Source: Candidatus Omnitrophota bacterium
GTDB lineage: Bacteria; Omnitrophota; Gorgyraeia; 2-01-FULL-45-10
Length of the DNA stretch: 64,000 nt
Assembly: GCA_020057115.1 (NCBI GenBank)
Contig: JAGVGJ010000027.1
Coordinates: 5,058-69,057, forward strand
Direction of reading: 5' to 3'
The notes below the pieces were generated by a model. The model was not told the origin of the DNA. It worked only from the letters and a program-made list of their open reading frames with translations, and did not search any database. Shown here in pieces: positions 39,060 to 48,443 of the stretch (the stretch's first letter is position 1; every line of letters starts with the position of its first letter). A program made the translations under genes and the position numbers.

Positions 39060-41113
39060 GCAAATATCTGGTAATCGTAGAGTCGCCTGCGAAGGCGAAG
39101 ACCATAAACAAATTCCTCGGAAGCGACTATACCGTCACCTCAAGCTACGGCCACGTCATAGACCTTCCGAAGTCCAAACTCGGCGTGGATGTCGAGAATG
39201 ATTTTAAAGCCGAGTATATCGTCATACCGGAGAGGAAGAAGAACCTCGAGACGCTGAAGAAAGAGGCGAAGGGGAAGCTGGCCATATACCTGTGTCCTGA
39301 CCCTGATAGGGAGGGCGAGGCTATAAGCTGGCACATAAAGAACGCCCTTTCGCAGGTAAAGGCCAAGGGCAAGGATAAGGATAAAGACGTGCCTAAAAAG
39401 TTCTACAGGGTCACGTTCGACGAAATAACCAAGGATGCGGTGCTTACGGCCTTCAAGCATCCGCGAGAGATCGACACCAACCTTGTCAACGCCCAGCAGG
39501 CGCGGCGCATCCTCGACAGGATAGTGGGATATACGCTAAGCCCGCTTCTCTGGAAGAAAGTGTCCCGCGGGCTTTCGGCCGGCAGGGTGCAGTCCGTGGC
39601 TGTGCGCATCATAGTCGAGAGGGAGGAAGAGATAAAGCGCTTCAAGCCCCAGGAATACTGGGATATCGAAGCCGAGCTTAAGCGCAAGGCGGACAGCGAG
39701 AAGGAAAAATTCAAAGCCAAGCTCTCTAAATATAAAGGCAAAGATATTGAGATACATACCAAGGAAGAGTCCGAGAGGATAGTTGCGGCGCTAGAGAAGG
39801 CGCATTATGTGGTCGGAGACGTCAGGGAGACGAAGAAGAGAAAGAATGCGCTCGCTCCTTTTACTACCAGTAAGCTCCAGCAAGAGGCTTTTAACAAGCT
39901 GAGATTCCCCGCAGCCAAGACTATGCATGCCGCCCAGGGTCTTTACGAAGGCGTCGATATAGGGGGCGAGGGCGCGGTCGGTCTTATCACATACATGAGG
40001 ACCGACTCGGTCAGGATATCCAATGACGCGCAGGTTGCCGCAAAGGCGTATGTCCTGGAGAAGTTCGGCAAGAAATACTATCCCGAGATTCCCAACGTAT
40101 ATAAGTCGAAGAAGACTGCCCAGGAGGCGCACGAGGCGATACGCCCGGCCCTGCCATTGAGGGAGCCGAACGCCGTAAAGGATCACCTGTCTCCGGAACA
40201 ATTCAAGTTATACCAGCTTATATGGAACCGTTTCATAGCAAGCCAGATGGCGCCGGCGCTCTTTGCGCAGACCACTGTAGACATAAAGGCGGGGGATTAT
40301 CTCCTCAAGACGGGCGCGACGAGCGTGGTCTTCGACGGATTCACGGCAGTGTACGAAGAAGAGAATAAGGAGCCCGAAGAGAAAGAGGAAGAGAAGTATA
40401 AGCTTCCTATTCTTTCTATCGATGAGCCGCTCGACATGCTCGACCTCTTATGGACGCAGCATTTCACTAAGCCCCCTCCGAGGTATTCAGACGGATCTCT
40501 CGTCAAGACGCTCGAAGAGCTCGGCATCGGCAGGCCGTCGACTTACGCGCCTATCATATACACGATCGTTACGAGGGATTACGTGAGGCGCGAATCCGGA
40601 TACTTCAGGCCGACCGAGCTCGGCGTGATAGTGACGGAGCTTCTCTTAAAACACTTCCCGAAGGTCCTGGACGTGGAGTTCACCGCCAAGATGGAAGACG
40701 AGCTCGACGGAGTGGAAGAGGGCGAGATAGATTGGCTCACGGTCATGAAGAGCTTCTACTCGCCTTTCATACATACGGTTGAAGCGGCGAAGCTCCAGAT
40801 GAAGGATGTCAAAAAAGAGGTCGTTCCTACCGGCGAGCTATGCTCGATGTGCGGCAAGCCTATGGTCATAAAGTGGGGCAGGCGCGGCAAGTTCATGAGT
40901 TGTTCCGATTACCCGACCTGCAAGAATGCGAAGTCGATAACTTCAGGCGTTAAGTGCCCGGCCCAGGGCTGCGACGGCGAGCTTGTGGCGCGCCGCTCGG
41001 TTAGAGGGTCTTTCTACGGCTGCTCCCGGTTCCCGAAATGCCGTTATATCACCAAGAAACTGCCTGACGCCGCGGATGAAAAGCCCGAAGGCGAAGCGGC
41101 GGCGCAGGGATAG
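39056..41113 (+). CDS. topA: DNA topoisomerase I
   Basis: TOPRIM N-terminus MSKYLVIVESPAKAKTINKFLG…YGHV. The active-site Tyr region, three C-terminal Cys4 zinc ribbons, and the usual dprA-topA synteny are present. Confidence 0.92.
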   Translation: MSKYLVIVESPAKAKTINKFLGSDYTVTSSYGHVIDLPKSKLGVDVENDFKAEYIVIPERKKNLETLKKEAKGKLAIYLCPDPDREGEAISWHIKNALSQVKAKGKDKDKDVPKKFYRVTFDEITKDAVLTAFKHPREIDTNLVNAQQARRILDRIVGYTLSPLLWKKVSRGLSAGRVQSVAVRIIVEREEEIKRFKPQEYWDIEAELKRKADSEKEKFKAKLSKYKGKDIEIHTKEESERIVAALEKAHYVVGDVRETKKRKNALAPFTTSKLQQEAFNKLRFPAAKTMHAAQGLYEGVDIGGEGAVGLITYMRTDSVRISNDAQVAAKAYVLEKFGKKYYPEIPNVYKSKKTAQEAHEAIRPALPLREPNAVKDHLSPEQFKLYQLIWNRFIASQMAPALFAQTTVDIKAGDYLLKTGATSVVFDGFTAVYEEENKEPEEKEEEKYKLPILSIDEPLDMLDLLWTQHFTKPPPRYSDGSLVKTLEELGIGRPSTYAPIIYTIVTRDYVRRESGYFRPTELGVIVTELLLKHFPKVLDVEFTAKMEDELDGVEEGEIDWLTVMKSFYSPFIHTVEAAKLQMKDVKKEVVPTGELCSMCGKPMVIKWGRRGKFMSCSDYPTCKNAKSITSGVKCPAQGCDGELVARRSVRGSFYGCSRFPKCRYITKKLPDAADEKPEGEAAAQG

Positions 41114-41128
41114 GCCGGTAACGCGCGC

Positions 41129-42004
41129 ATGATCGAAAGATATATAGAGAAATTCATCAACTACCTTAAGGTCGAGAAGAATTCGTCGGAGCATACGATA
41201 ACGAATTATCTCGTGGACCTCAAGGTCTTCGGCGAGTTTTTAGGCGATAAGGATATTTCAAGCGTAGACCATCTCACTTTGCGCAGGTTCCTTGCCGATA
41301 TGCGCGCCAGGAACTACGCCAAGAGGACTGTCGCAAGGAAACTGGCGTCCTTGCGGACATTCTTCAAGTTCCTATTCAGGGAAGGCCTGATAAAGACGAA
41401 TCCCGCCACTGCGGTGATGACGCCCAAGCTCGATAAGCACCTCCCTAATATCCTCGATGTCGATAAGGTGGCAAAGCTCCTTGAAGCGCCTAGCGAGAAG
41501 ACGCTCGCAGGGCTGCGCGACAGGGCGATGTTCGAGACCCTCTATTCGACGGGCGCGCGGGTGAGCGAGCTGGTGGGACTGGACCAGGATGACGTCGATT
41601 TTATAAGCGGCGTGGTGAAGTTGTTCGGCAAGGGCAGGAAGGAACGGATAGTGCCGATAGGCGAGCCGGCGCTCAAGGCCATAAAGAGATACATAGATAA
41701 CAGGATCGGCGTCAAGGTCAAGGACCGTAACGCGATATTTTTGAATAAGGCCGGCGGCAGGTTGACCGACAGGAGCGTGCGCAGGATACTCGATAAGTAC
41801 ATACGCTTATCCAGCATAGTGATGAAGGTGTCGCCTCATTCGCTGCGCCACTCCTTTGCCACGCATCTTCTGGATAGGGGCGCCGACTTAAGAAGCGTTC
41901 AGGAGCTTTTGGGGCACATGAACCTTTCCACGACGCAGATATATACGCACGTGTCTACGGAAAGGCTCAAGGCCGTGTATGACAAGGCGCATCCGAGAGC
42001 GTGA
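41129..42004 (+). CDS. xerC: Tyrosine site-specific recombinase XerC/XerD
   Basis: The R…HxxR…Y catalytic tetrad: …HSLRHSFATHLLDRGADLRSVQELLGHMNLSTTQIYTHV. Confidence 0.85.
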   Translation: MIERYIEKFINYLKVEKNSSEHTITNYLVDLKVFGEFLGDKDISSVDHLTLRRFLADMRARNYAKRTVARKLASLRTFFKFLFREGLIKTNPATAVMTPKLDKHLPNILDVDKVAKLLEAPSEKTLAGLRDRAMFETLYSTGARVSELVGLDQDDVDFISGVVKLFGKGRKERIVPIGEPALKAIKRYIDNRIGVKVKDRNAIFLNKAGGRLTDRSVRRILDKYIRLSSIVMKVSPHSLRHSFATHLLDRGADLRSVQELLGHMNLSTTQIYTHVSTERLKAVYDKAHPRA

Positions 42005-42030
42005 AATGAAAGATGAAAAAAGATATATGG

Positions 42031-42117
42031 TAGGGTCTAGGGGCAAGGGTCCAGGGTCCAGAAAGAAAAAAACTATTTTTTTCCTGGACCCTGGACCCTG
42101 GACCCTGGACCCTACAC
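42031..42117 (+). repeat. Intergenic palindromic element R5, the longest copy: (GGGTCCAG)x≈3 – A/T loop – (CTGGACC)x4
   Basis: GTAGGGTCTAGGGGCAAGGGTCCAGGGTCCAG – aaagaaaaaaactatttttttc – CTGGACCCTGGACCCTGGACCCTGGACCCTAC. Confidence 0.8.
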
Positions 42118-42130
42118 AGAGGTTTGATCG

Positions 42131-43393
42131 ATGTTATACGACATAGGTTTCTTCATATTCTCAATTTTTTATTTGCCGACCCTTATATTTAAGGGAAAGC
42201 TGCACAAGGAGTTCTTGCAGAGGTTCGGGGCCTATGACAAGAAGACGATGGAATCCTTCCGTTCTCCGAGCGGCAAGATATGGGTGCAGGCGGTGTCTGT
42301 AGGAGAAGTTGCCTTGTGCAAGATATTCATACCTCTTCTGCGGGAAAGGTATCCCGGCAGGGAGATCGTGCTCTCGACCATAACAAAAACAGGCTATGAC
42401 CTGGCCAGGAAGAATTTCGAGCGTACCGCGACCATAATATATTTTCCGCTAGACTTCAGTTTTATCGTAAAGAAGGTCGTCTCCATCATAAGGCCTAAAT
42501 TGTATATCATGGTCGAGACGGAGATATGGCCCAACCTGCTGAAGGAGCTGGCCGGAAGCGGCGTGCCGTGCGTCATGGTGAATGGCCGGATATCGGACAG
42601 GTCTATAGGCAAGTACAGGCTGGTAAAGCCATTCCTTAAAGGGATACTTGAAAAGGTCATGCTCTTCTGCATGCGGAGCCAGGCGGACGCCGACAGGATA
42701 ATAGAGCTGGGCGCTCCGAGATCAAGGGTCAAGATCACCGGAAACATGAAGTTCGATATAGGGCCGGCTCCTAGATCGGGGAGCGCTAAGAGCGTTGTCG
42801 CCTCCCTGGGGCTTAAAGACGGCGAAAAGCTTTTTGTGGCAGGCTCGACGCATCCCGGCGAGGATGAGATGGTGCTCGAGTCATTTAAGGCGGTCAGCAA
42901 GGAATTAAGCAATATCAGGATCCTGATCGCGCCTCGCCATATCGAGCGCGTCGGGGATGTGGAGGCTGCGGTCAGAAAGTTCGGATTGGATCCTGTAAGG
43001 GTGTCGGAGTGCCGCGGCGACGGGCGCTCGGAGGTATTCATACTAGACACGATAGGCCAGTTGAACGACGTCTATTCCATAGCTACGCTCGTCTTTATAG
43101 GAGGCAGCCTCGTCAGGCACGGAGGCCACAATCCGATAGAGCCGGCGATATTCGAAAAGCCGATAATATTCGGGCCGCACATGTTCAATTTCAGGGATAC
43201 GGCATCCGTCTTCGTGCGAAGCAATGCCGCCATACAGGTGCATGACAAAGAGGCTTTCCTTGAAAAGGTGCGGATACTATTGAGGGATGAGGTCCAGAGA
43301 AAATGGCTGGGCGAGAATGCAAGGCGCGTTGTTGCGGAGAACCGCGGCGCGACCGAGCGGAACCTTAAAGCCATAAAAGAGGTCGCAAGATGA
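42131..43393 (+). CDS. waaA: 3-deoxy-D-manno-octulosonic acid (Kdo) transferase
   Basis: KIWVQAVSVGEVALCKIF… and a C-terminal GT-B region. Length 420 aa. Confidence 0.88.
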   Translation: MLYDIGFFIFSIFYLPTLIFKGKLHKEFLQRFGAYDKKTMESFRSPSGKIWVQAVSVGEVALCKIFIPLLRERYPGREIVLSTITKTGYDLARKNFERTATIIYFPLDFSFIVKKVVSIIRPKLYIMVETEIWPNLLKELAGSGVPCVMVNGRISDRSIGKYRLVKPFLKGILEKVMLFCMRSQADADRIIELGAPRSRVKITGNMKFDIGPAPRSGSAKSVVASLGLKDGEKLFVAGSTHPGEDEMVLESFKAVSKELSNIRILIAPRHIERVGDVEAAVRKFGLDPVRVSECRGDGRSEVFILDTIGQLNDVYSIATLVFIGGSLVRHGGHNPIEPAIFEKPIIFGPHMFNFRDTASVFVRSNAAIQVHDKEAFLEKVRILLRDEVQRKWLGENARRVVAENRGATERNLKAIKEVAR

Positions 43394-44436
43394 GAGATCT
43401 TATTTATTCATTGATGACGGATAGGAAGAACGGCGCCCTGTTCGCGCCGCTCAAAGCCATCCTCTGGGCGGTTTCATTGTTATACGGCGCCGCCATAGCG
43501 ATAAGGGCCTTATTGTATAAGGCCGGCATATTTAAGGCGCACCGGGCGCCCGTAAAAGTGATAAGCGTCGGGAACCTGACGCTGGGCGGGACCGGCAAGA
43601 CGCCTTTTGTCATACATCTGGCCAAGATACTGAAGAAGGATATAAAAAGGGACACGAGCGTCCTCATAAGAGGTTACGGGTGGGATGAAACTGCGATGCT
43701 CAAGAACAGCCTCCCTGAGACGCCGATACTTGCCAGGGAAGACAGGGTCGATTCGGCCCATAAGGCATCAAGGCTTTACGGTTGCGATACAGCTGTCCTC
43801 GACGACGGTTTCCAGTATTGGGAGCTTAAGCGCGACCTCGAGATCGTTCTGGTGGACTCGAGGAACCCGTTCGGTAACGGAGCCCTCTTTCCGCGCGGCG
43901 TATTAAGGGAGCCTAAGAGCGCACTTCGCAGGGCCGATGTCATAGTATTCACCAAGGTAGATAAGAAGCTGGCAGATCTGAACGCCCTGCGCTCTGAGCT
44001 TAAGTCCATAAATCCAGGCCTCATATTCCTGGAGGCGAGGCACAGGCCCCTCTACCTATATGACATGAAGCTCAAGAAGAACCAGGAGATAGCTTTCCTT
44101 AAGGATAAGAAGGTGATGCTCCTTTCGAGCATCGGTGATCCTAAGTATTTCAAGGAGATGGTGAAGGGCCTTGGCGCAAATATAGTCGCTCATCTGATAT
44201 TCAAGGACCACCATGACTATAAGAAGAAGGATATTGATAATATAATAAAGGTCTGCGCTGAAAGGAAGTTCGATTTCATCCTGACCACGGAGAAGGACGC
44301 AGTGAAACTAAGCCGCCTTGGACTGTCGATAGCCAGCCACACCGTAATGGTGATCGTCGTCGACATGGAGATAACAAGCGGTAGGGAGAGCCTCGTTGCT
44401 AGACTACATAGCCTCTATAGCCGTAAGGGCGCTTAA
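43390..44436 (+). CDS. lpxK: Tetraacyldisaccharide 4'-kinase
   Basis: P-loop VISVGNLTLGGTGKTPFV. The start overlaps the waaA stop. Confidence 0.88.
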   Translation: MRDLIYSLMTDRKNGALFAPLKAILWAVSLLYGAAIAIRALLYKAGIFKAHRAPVKVISVGNLTLGGTGKTPFVIHLAKILKKDIKRDTSVLIRGYGWDETAMLKNSLPETPILAREDRVDSAHKASRLYGCDTAVLDDGFQYWELKRDLEIVLVDSRNPFGNGALFPRGVLREPKSALRRADVIVFTKVDKKLADLNALRSELKSINPGLIFLEARHRPLYLYDMKLKKNQEIAFLKDKKVMLLSSIGDPKYFKEMVKGLGANIVAHLIFKDHHDYKKKDIDNIIKVCAERKFDFILTTEKDAVKLSRLGLSIASHTVMVIVVDMEITSGRESLVARLHSLYSRKGA

Positions 44437-46339
44437 TATAGTATTCAATATCGTGCCAATAAGCGCTAGCCTCTGGCTTGGCCGGCGCCTGGGAGGGCTT
44501 GTCTTCTTCCTTAACAAGAGAAGGCGCGTGATCGCCTACGCCAACCTGAAGGCCGCGTTCTCGAAAGAGAAATCGCCCCAAGAGCTCCGCAAGATAACCA
44601 AAGCCGTATATGTCAATATGGTCCAGACGTTCATGGAGATATTGAGCCTGACGAAGGTCGACAGGGCCTATGTAGATAAATATATCACCATTATCGACAG
44701 GCAGCATATGGACAATGCCGTGATCTCTGGTAGGGGCGCGATACTCCTGACCGGACACTACGGCGACTGGGAACTGTCGAGCATGACCAGCGCCTTGCAC
44801 GATTACCCCATCATGGTCCTGGTGAGAGAGCAGAAGATGAAACACCTGAACGAGTTGCTGAACCAGCTTCGTGAATCGAAAGGCTGCAAGGTCATTCGCA
44901 AGGGGATCGAGACAAAGAATATCCTCAAGGGGCTCAAGAAAGGCGAGGTCGTCGGCATTCTCTCTGACCAGGATGCCGGCAGAAATGGAATGTTCGTCAA
45001 CTTCTTCGGCCGCCCCACATCGACCCATACGGGCGCCATGGTAATGGCCCAGAGGATAGGGTGCGATATAATCCCGAATTTCATAGTGAGGACGAGGGGA
45101 CCGTATCATGTGCTGCATCTTGAGAAACCTTTCAATATCTCTCCGGACAGCGGCGAGGAAGGTGTCAGGCAGGGCCTGCAGAGTTACGCTAATGTGCTTG
45201 AAAAATATGTCAGGGCGCATCCGGAGCAGTGGCTATGGCTTCATAAGAGATGGAAATCCACGCCCGTACGGACGGTGCTTGTATTGAATGACGGCAAGGC
45301 AGGCCACTTGAACCAGTCGCTCTCCGTAGCGCGCGAGATACAGAAGGCCCGGACCACTCAAGGGTATGCCCTGGAAGATACGAGGATCACAGTTGTCGAT
45401 ATCAAATACAAGAGCCGGTTCAGACGCATAGCGCTCTCGGTCGCGGCCGCTCTATGCAGTTGGAGGTGTCACGGATGCATGCGTTGCATGAAAGCATGTC
45501 TCGAAAAAGAGAGCTACGATGTTCTCATGGGAACATATTCCGAATTCGTGGTCTCATGCGGATCGTCTACGGCTCCCGTGAACGCCTTCATGGCGATAGA
45601 GAATAACGCGAAGAACATATTGATAATGCGACCGTCGGCTCCGCTCGGATACGGAAAATTCAAGCTCGCCATAGTCCCCAGGCACGATAACCCGCCCAAG
45701 AGAAAGAACGTGGCGATCACTAGCATGGCGCCAAATCTCATAAACAGGGAGGCCTTAAAGGCCCAGGGCGAAAGACTTAAGGATATTTCCGGTGTCACCG
45801 GCGGCAAGACGATCGGTCTTTTGATAGGCGGGGATAATCCGGAGTTCTCCCTTACGGGCGATCTTATAAATAAGGTGATAGATTCGGCCGTCAGATTCTC
45901 CAGGGCGACGGGCGCGTCGATCCTGGCGACCACGTCGAGACGGACCTCAAAAGAGGTCGAGAGCATCCTGAAAGAGAAGCTTAAAGGCGACGCCGCCTGC
46001 AAGCTCCTAGTTATAGCCAATGAGAACAATATAGACGAAGCCGTGGGCGGGATCCTTGCATTGAGCGATATGATCATCGTTTCCGCCGAATCCGTGTCGA
46101 TGATATCCGAGGCCATAGCTTCCGGGAAGAAGGTCATCGCATTCGAACTCGAGAAGAAGGTCCAGGGGTCCACCAAGCACGAGAGGGTCCTTAAGAGCTT
46201 AGAGGATAGCGGCTATGTCGCCGTTGCCAAGCCCGAAGGGCTTTACGGGGCCCTGGAGAGTGCCTGGAATACGAATGTGACAGGGAAAGAAAGCGCGGAC
46301 AATCAGACGATCTATGATGCGGTCAGGAGACTGATATAG
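44396..46339 (+). CDS. lpxL: Lipid A biosynthesis lauroyl/myristoyl acyltransferase (LpxL/HtrB family), fused to a C-terminal ~330-aa ELM1/DUF1022-like domain
   Basis: N-terminal half with an HX4D/E-type motif LTGHYGDWEL and a typical LpxL layout. The C-terminal half begins VLVLNDGKAGHLNQSLSVAREI…, resembling the bacterial 'mitochondrial fission ELM1'-like family. Confidence 0.7.
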   Translation: MLDYIASIAVRALNIVFNIVPISASLWLGRRLGGLVFFLNKRRRVIAYANLKAAFSKEKSPQELRKITKAVYVNMVQTFMEILSLTKVDRAYVDKYITIIDRQHMDNAVISGRGAILLTGHYGDWELSSMTSALHDYPIMVLVREQKMKHLNELLNQLRESKGCKVIRKGIETKNILKGLKKGEVVGILSDQDAGRNGMFVNFFGRPTSTHTGAMVMAQRIGCDIIPNFIVRTRGPYHVLHLEKPFNISPDSGEEGVRQGLQSYANVLEKYVRAHPEQWLWLHKRWKSTPVRTVLVLNDGKAGHLNQSLSVAREIQKARTTQGYALEDTRITVVDIKYKSRFRRIALSVAAALCSWRCHGCMRCMKACLEKESYDVLMGTYSEFVVSCGSSTAPVNAFMAIENNAKNILIMRPSAPLGYGKFKLAIVPRHDNPPKRKNVAITSMAPNLINREALKAQGERLKDISGVTGGKTIGLLIGGDNPEFSLTGDLINKVIDSAVRFSRATGASILATTSRRTSKEVESILKEKLKGDAACKLLVIANENNIDEAVGGILALSDMIIVSAESVSMISEAIASGKKVIAFELEKKVQGSTKHERVLKSLEDSGYVAVAKPEGLYGALESAWNTNVTGKESADNQTIYDAVRRLI

Positions 46340-46340
46340 C

Positions 46341-48443
46341 ATGAACATACTGCAGATATTGCCTTCGCTTGATATCGGCGGGGTCGAGACAGGGACCGTC
46401 GACCTTGCGAGGCATCTTGTCGTTAACGGCCACAGGGCCGTTGTCATATCAGGCGGAGGGAGGCTCGTTAAGGAGCTCGAGAGGGCTAATGCCCGTCACT
46501 ACACGCTTCCCGTAGGCAAGAAGTCTTTCTTTAATACCGTGAAGATGGTCAATGCGATAGCCTCCATAATAAAACAGGAAGATATCGACATAGTCCATGC
46601 CCGTTCGCGCGTTCCGGCGATCGCGGCATATTTCGCCTGCAAGCTTACGAACAGGATATTCATTACCACCGCCCATGGCCATTACAAAAAGCATCTGATG
46701 AGCGAAGTGATGGGGTGGGGTAAGTACGTCATAGTAGCATCGAACGCCATGGCTAAGCACATGTCAGGCGCGTTCGACGTCCCGCGGGGAAGGATCAGGT
46801 TGATCCCGCGCGGCGTGGACCTGGCGCGCTTTAATTTCAGGGACCCGCATGCGCATTTCTCGCAGAAATTCACTATCGGAATGGTCTCCCGGATAACGCC
46901 GCTTAAGGGACATGCCGATTTCCTGAAGGCTGTCGCCATGCTAAAGGGAAGGATCCCCGGCCTCAAGGTCCTGATCGTCGGAGAGGCGCCGAAATATAAG
47001 TATAGGGAAGAGCTCGAGAGGCTCTCGAACAGGCTCGGCCTGGCCGGCATCGTGGAGTTTACAGGCTCGAGCGATGACATACCGGAAATAATGTCGAAGC
47101 TCGACCTTCTCGTATCCGCCACCGTGACCCCGGAAGCATTCGGCCGCTCGATCATAGAGGCGCAGGCCTCAGGGGTGCCCGTGGTCGCGACGCGCGTCGG
47201 AGGCGTCGTGGACATAATAGAGGATGAGAAGAACGGCCTTCTGTGTCAGCCTTTTGCTCCGAGGGACATGGCCGGCCAGATATCGAGGATCTACGTCGAT
47301 AAAGATCTCTGGGCGTCCATAGCCATCGAGGGAAGAAAGCGCGTGAAGGAAAATTACGATCTGAAACTCATGATGACCAGGACGCTTGCCCTTTACGAGG
47401 AGGCGTTAAAGACGCAGAACATCCTCGTCATAAAGATGAGTGCCGTCGGCGACGTGATATTGAGTGTTCCTTCACTAAGGGCCATAAAAGCGAAATATCC
47501 GGATGCAGACATAAGAGTATTGATCGGCCGAGAAGCAAGGCCCGTCCTGGACAGGTGCCATTATATCAATGACAGGATAGTCTGCGACTTCAAGGGAAAG
47601 GACCGCGGCTTTTTGGGCCTCTGGCGCCTCGGCAGGGAGCTTAGAAAACACTGCTTCGACATGGTGATAGACCTGCAGAACAACAGGAAGAGCCACATGC
47701 TCTCGTTCTTGAGCTTCGCTCCTCTCCGGTACGGCTATGACAACAGGAAGCTCTCCGTGCTGCTCAACAGGAAGGTGAAGGATGATGCGCCGTATCTGGA
47801 TCCTGTAGAGCATCAGGCCAGGGTGCTGGCGCTTGCCGGCATAAAGAGCGAGGACAAGACCCTTGAGCTATGGCCTTCGGAATCAGATGATGCCGACGTC
47901 CAGAAGTTCCTTGACGATAACTGGGTCAAGCCCGGGCAGGAGCTTGTAGGGATAAACATAAGGGCGTCTTCGCGGTGGGAGTCGAAGAATTGGCCGGCAG
48001 GCTATATCGCCGAGCTGTGCGACAGGCTCGCCTCGGAGTTCAATATCAGGATAGTGCTGACCGGTTTAAAGAGCGATACGGGCCTGGCGAACAAGATAAC
48101 GAAATTAACGCGGTCGAAACCTGTCGTCGCGGTCGGCAGGACAGATATCCTTGAGCTGGCAAGCCTCATAAAGCGTTTCAAGGCGTACGTTACGCCGGAT
48201 TCCGCGCCTATGCATATCGCGGCTAGCGTCGCCGTGCCTTTCATAGCGCTATTCGGTCCGACGGACCCGGCCCGGCACCTTCCGCCGTCGAAACGCTTCG
48301 TCCTTCTCTATAAGACGCGGGAGCTCAGGTGCGGCCCTTGCTATAGCCCTAGATGCAGCAAGAACTTCAAGTGCATGCGCAAGATCAGCGTCGACGAGGT
48401 ATTTGACGCCATGAAGAAGTTCCTGGTGAAAGAGGATAGATGA
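46341..48443 (+). CDS. Bifunctional glycosyltransferase: N-terminal GT4 (GT-B) and C-terminal GT9 (heptosyltransferase-like)
   Basis: N-terminus MNILQILPSLDIGGVETGTVDLARHL…EAFGRSIIEAQASGVPVVATRVGGVVDIIEDEKNG. C-terminus …ILVIKMSAVGDVILSVPSLRAIKAKYPDADIRVL…TPDSAPMHIAASVAVPFIALFGPTDP. Confidence 0.8.
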   Translation: MNILQILPSLDIGGVETGTVDLARHLVVNGHRAVVISGGGRLVKELERANARHYTLPVGKKSFFNTVKMVNAIASIIKQEDIDIVHARSRVPAIAAYFACKLTNRIFITTAHGHYKKHLMSEVMGWGKYVIVASNAMAKHMSGAFDVPRGRIRLIPRGVDLARFNFRDPHAHFSQKFTIGMVSRITPLKGHADFLKAVAMLKGRIPGLKVLIVGEAPKYKYREELERLSNRLGLAGIVEFTGSSDDIPEIMSKLDLLVSATVTPEAFGRSIIEAQASGVPVVATRVGGVVDIIEDEKNGLLCQPFAPRDMAGQISRIYVDKDLWASIAIEGRKRVKENYDLKLMMTRTLALYEEALKTQNILVIKMSAVGDVILSVPSLRAIKAKYPDADIRVLIGREARPVLDRCHYINDRIVCDFKGKDRGFLGLWRLGRELRKHCFDMVIDLQNNRKSHMLSFLSFAPLRYGYDNRKLSVLLNRKVKDDAPYLDPVEHQARVLALAGIKSEDKTLELWPSESDDADVQKFLDDNWVKPGQELVGINIRASSRWESKNWPAGYIAELCDRLASEFNIRIVLTGLKSDTGLANKITKLTRSKPVVAVGRTDILELASLIKRFKAYVTPDSAPMHIAASVAVPFIALFGPTDPARHLPPSKRFVLLYKTRELRCGPCYSPRCSKNFKCMRKISVDEVFDAMKKFLVKEDR

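Noticed and set aside
32594-42117. Could the GGGTCCAG elements be a CRISPR array?
   Set aside because: They are inverted (hairpin-forming) rather than regularly spaced direct repeats with unique spacers. Each sits in a separate intergenic gap between housekeeping genes.
44399-45220. A 273-aa minus-strand ORF
   Set aside because: Antisense to the lpxL N-terminal domain, which has a clear HX4D-type motif on the + strand.
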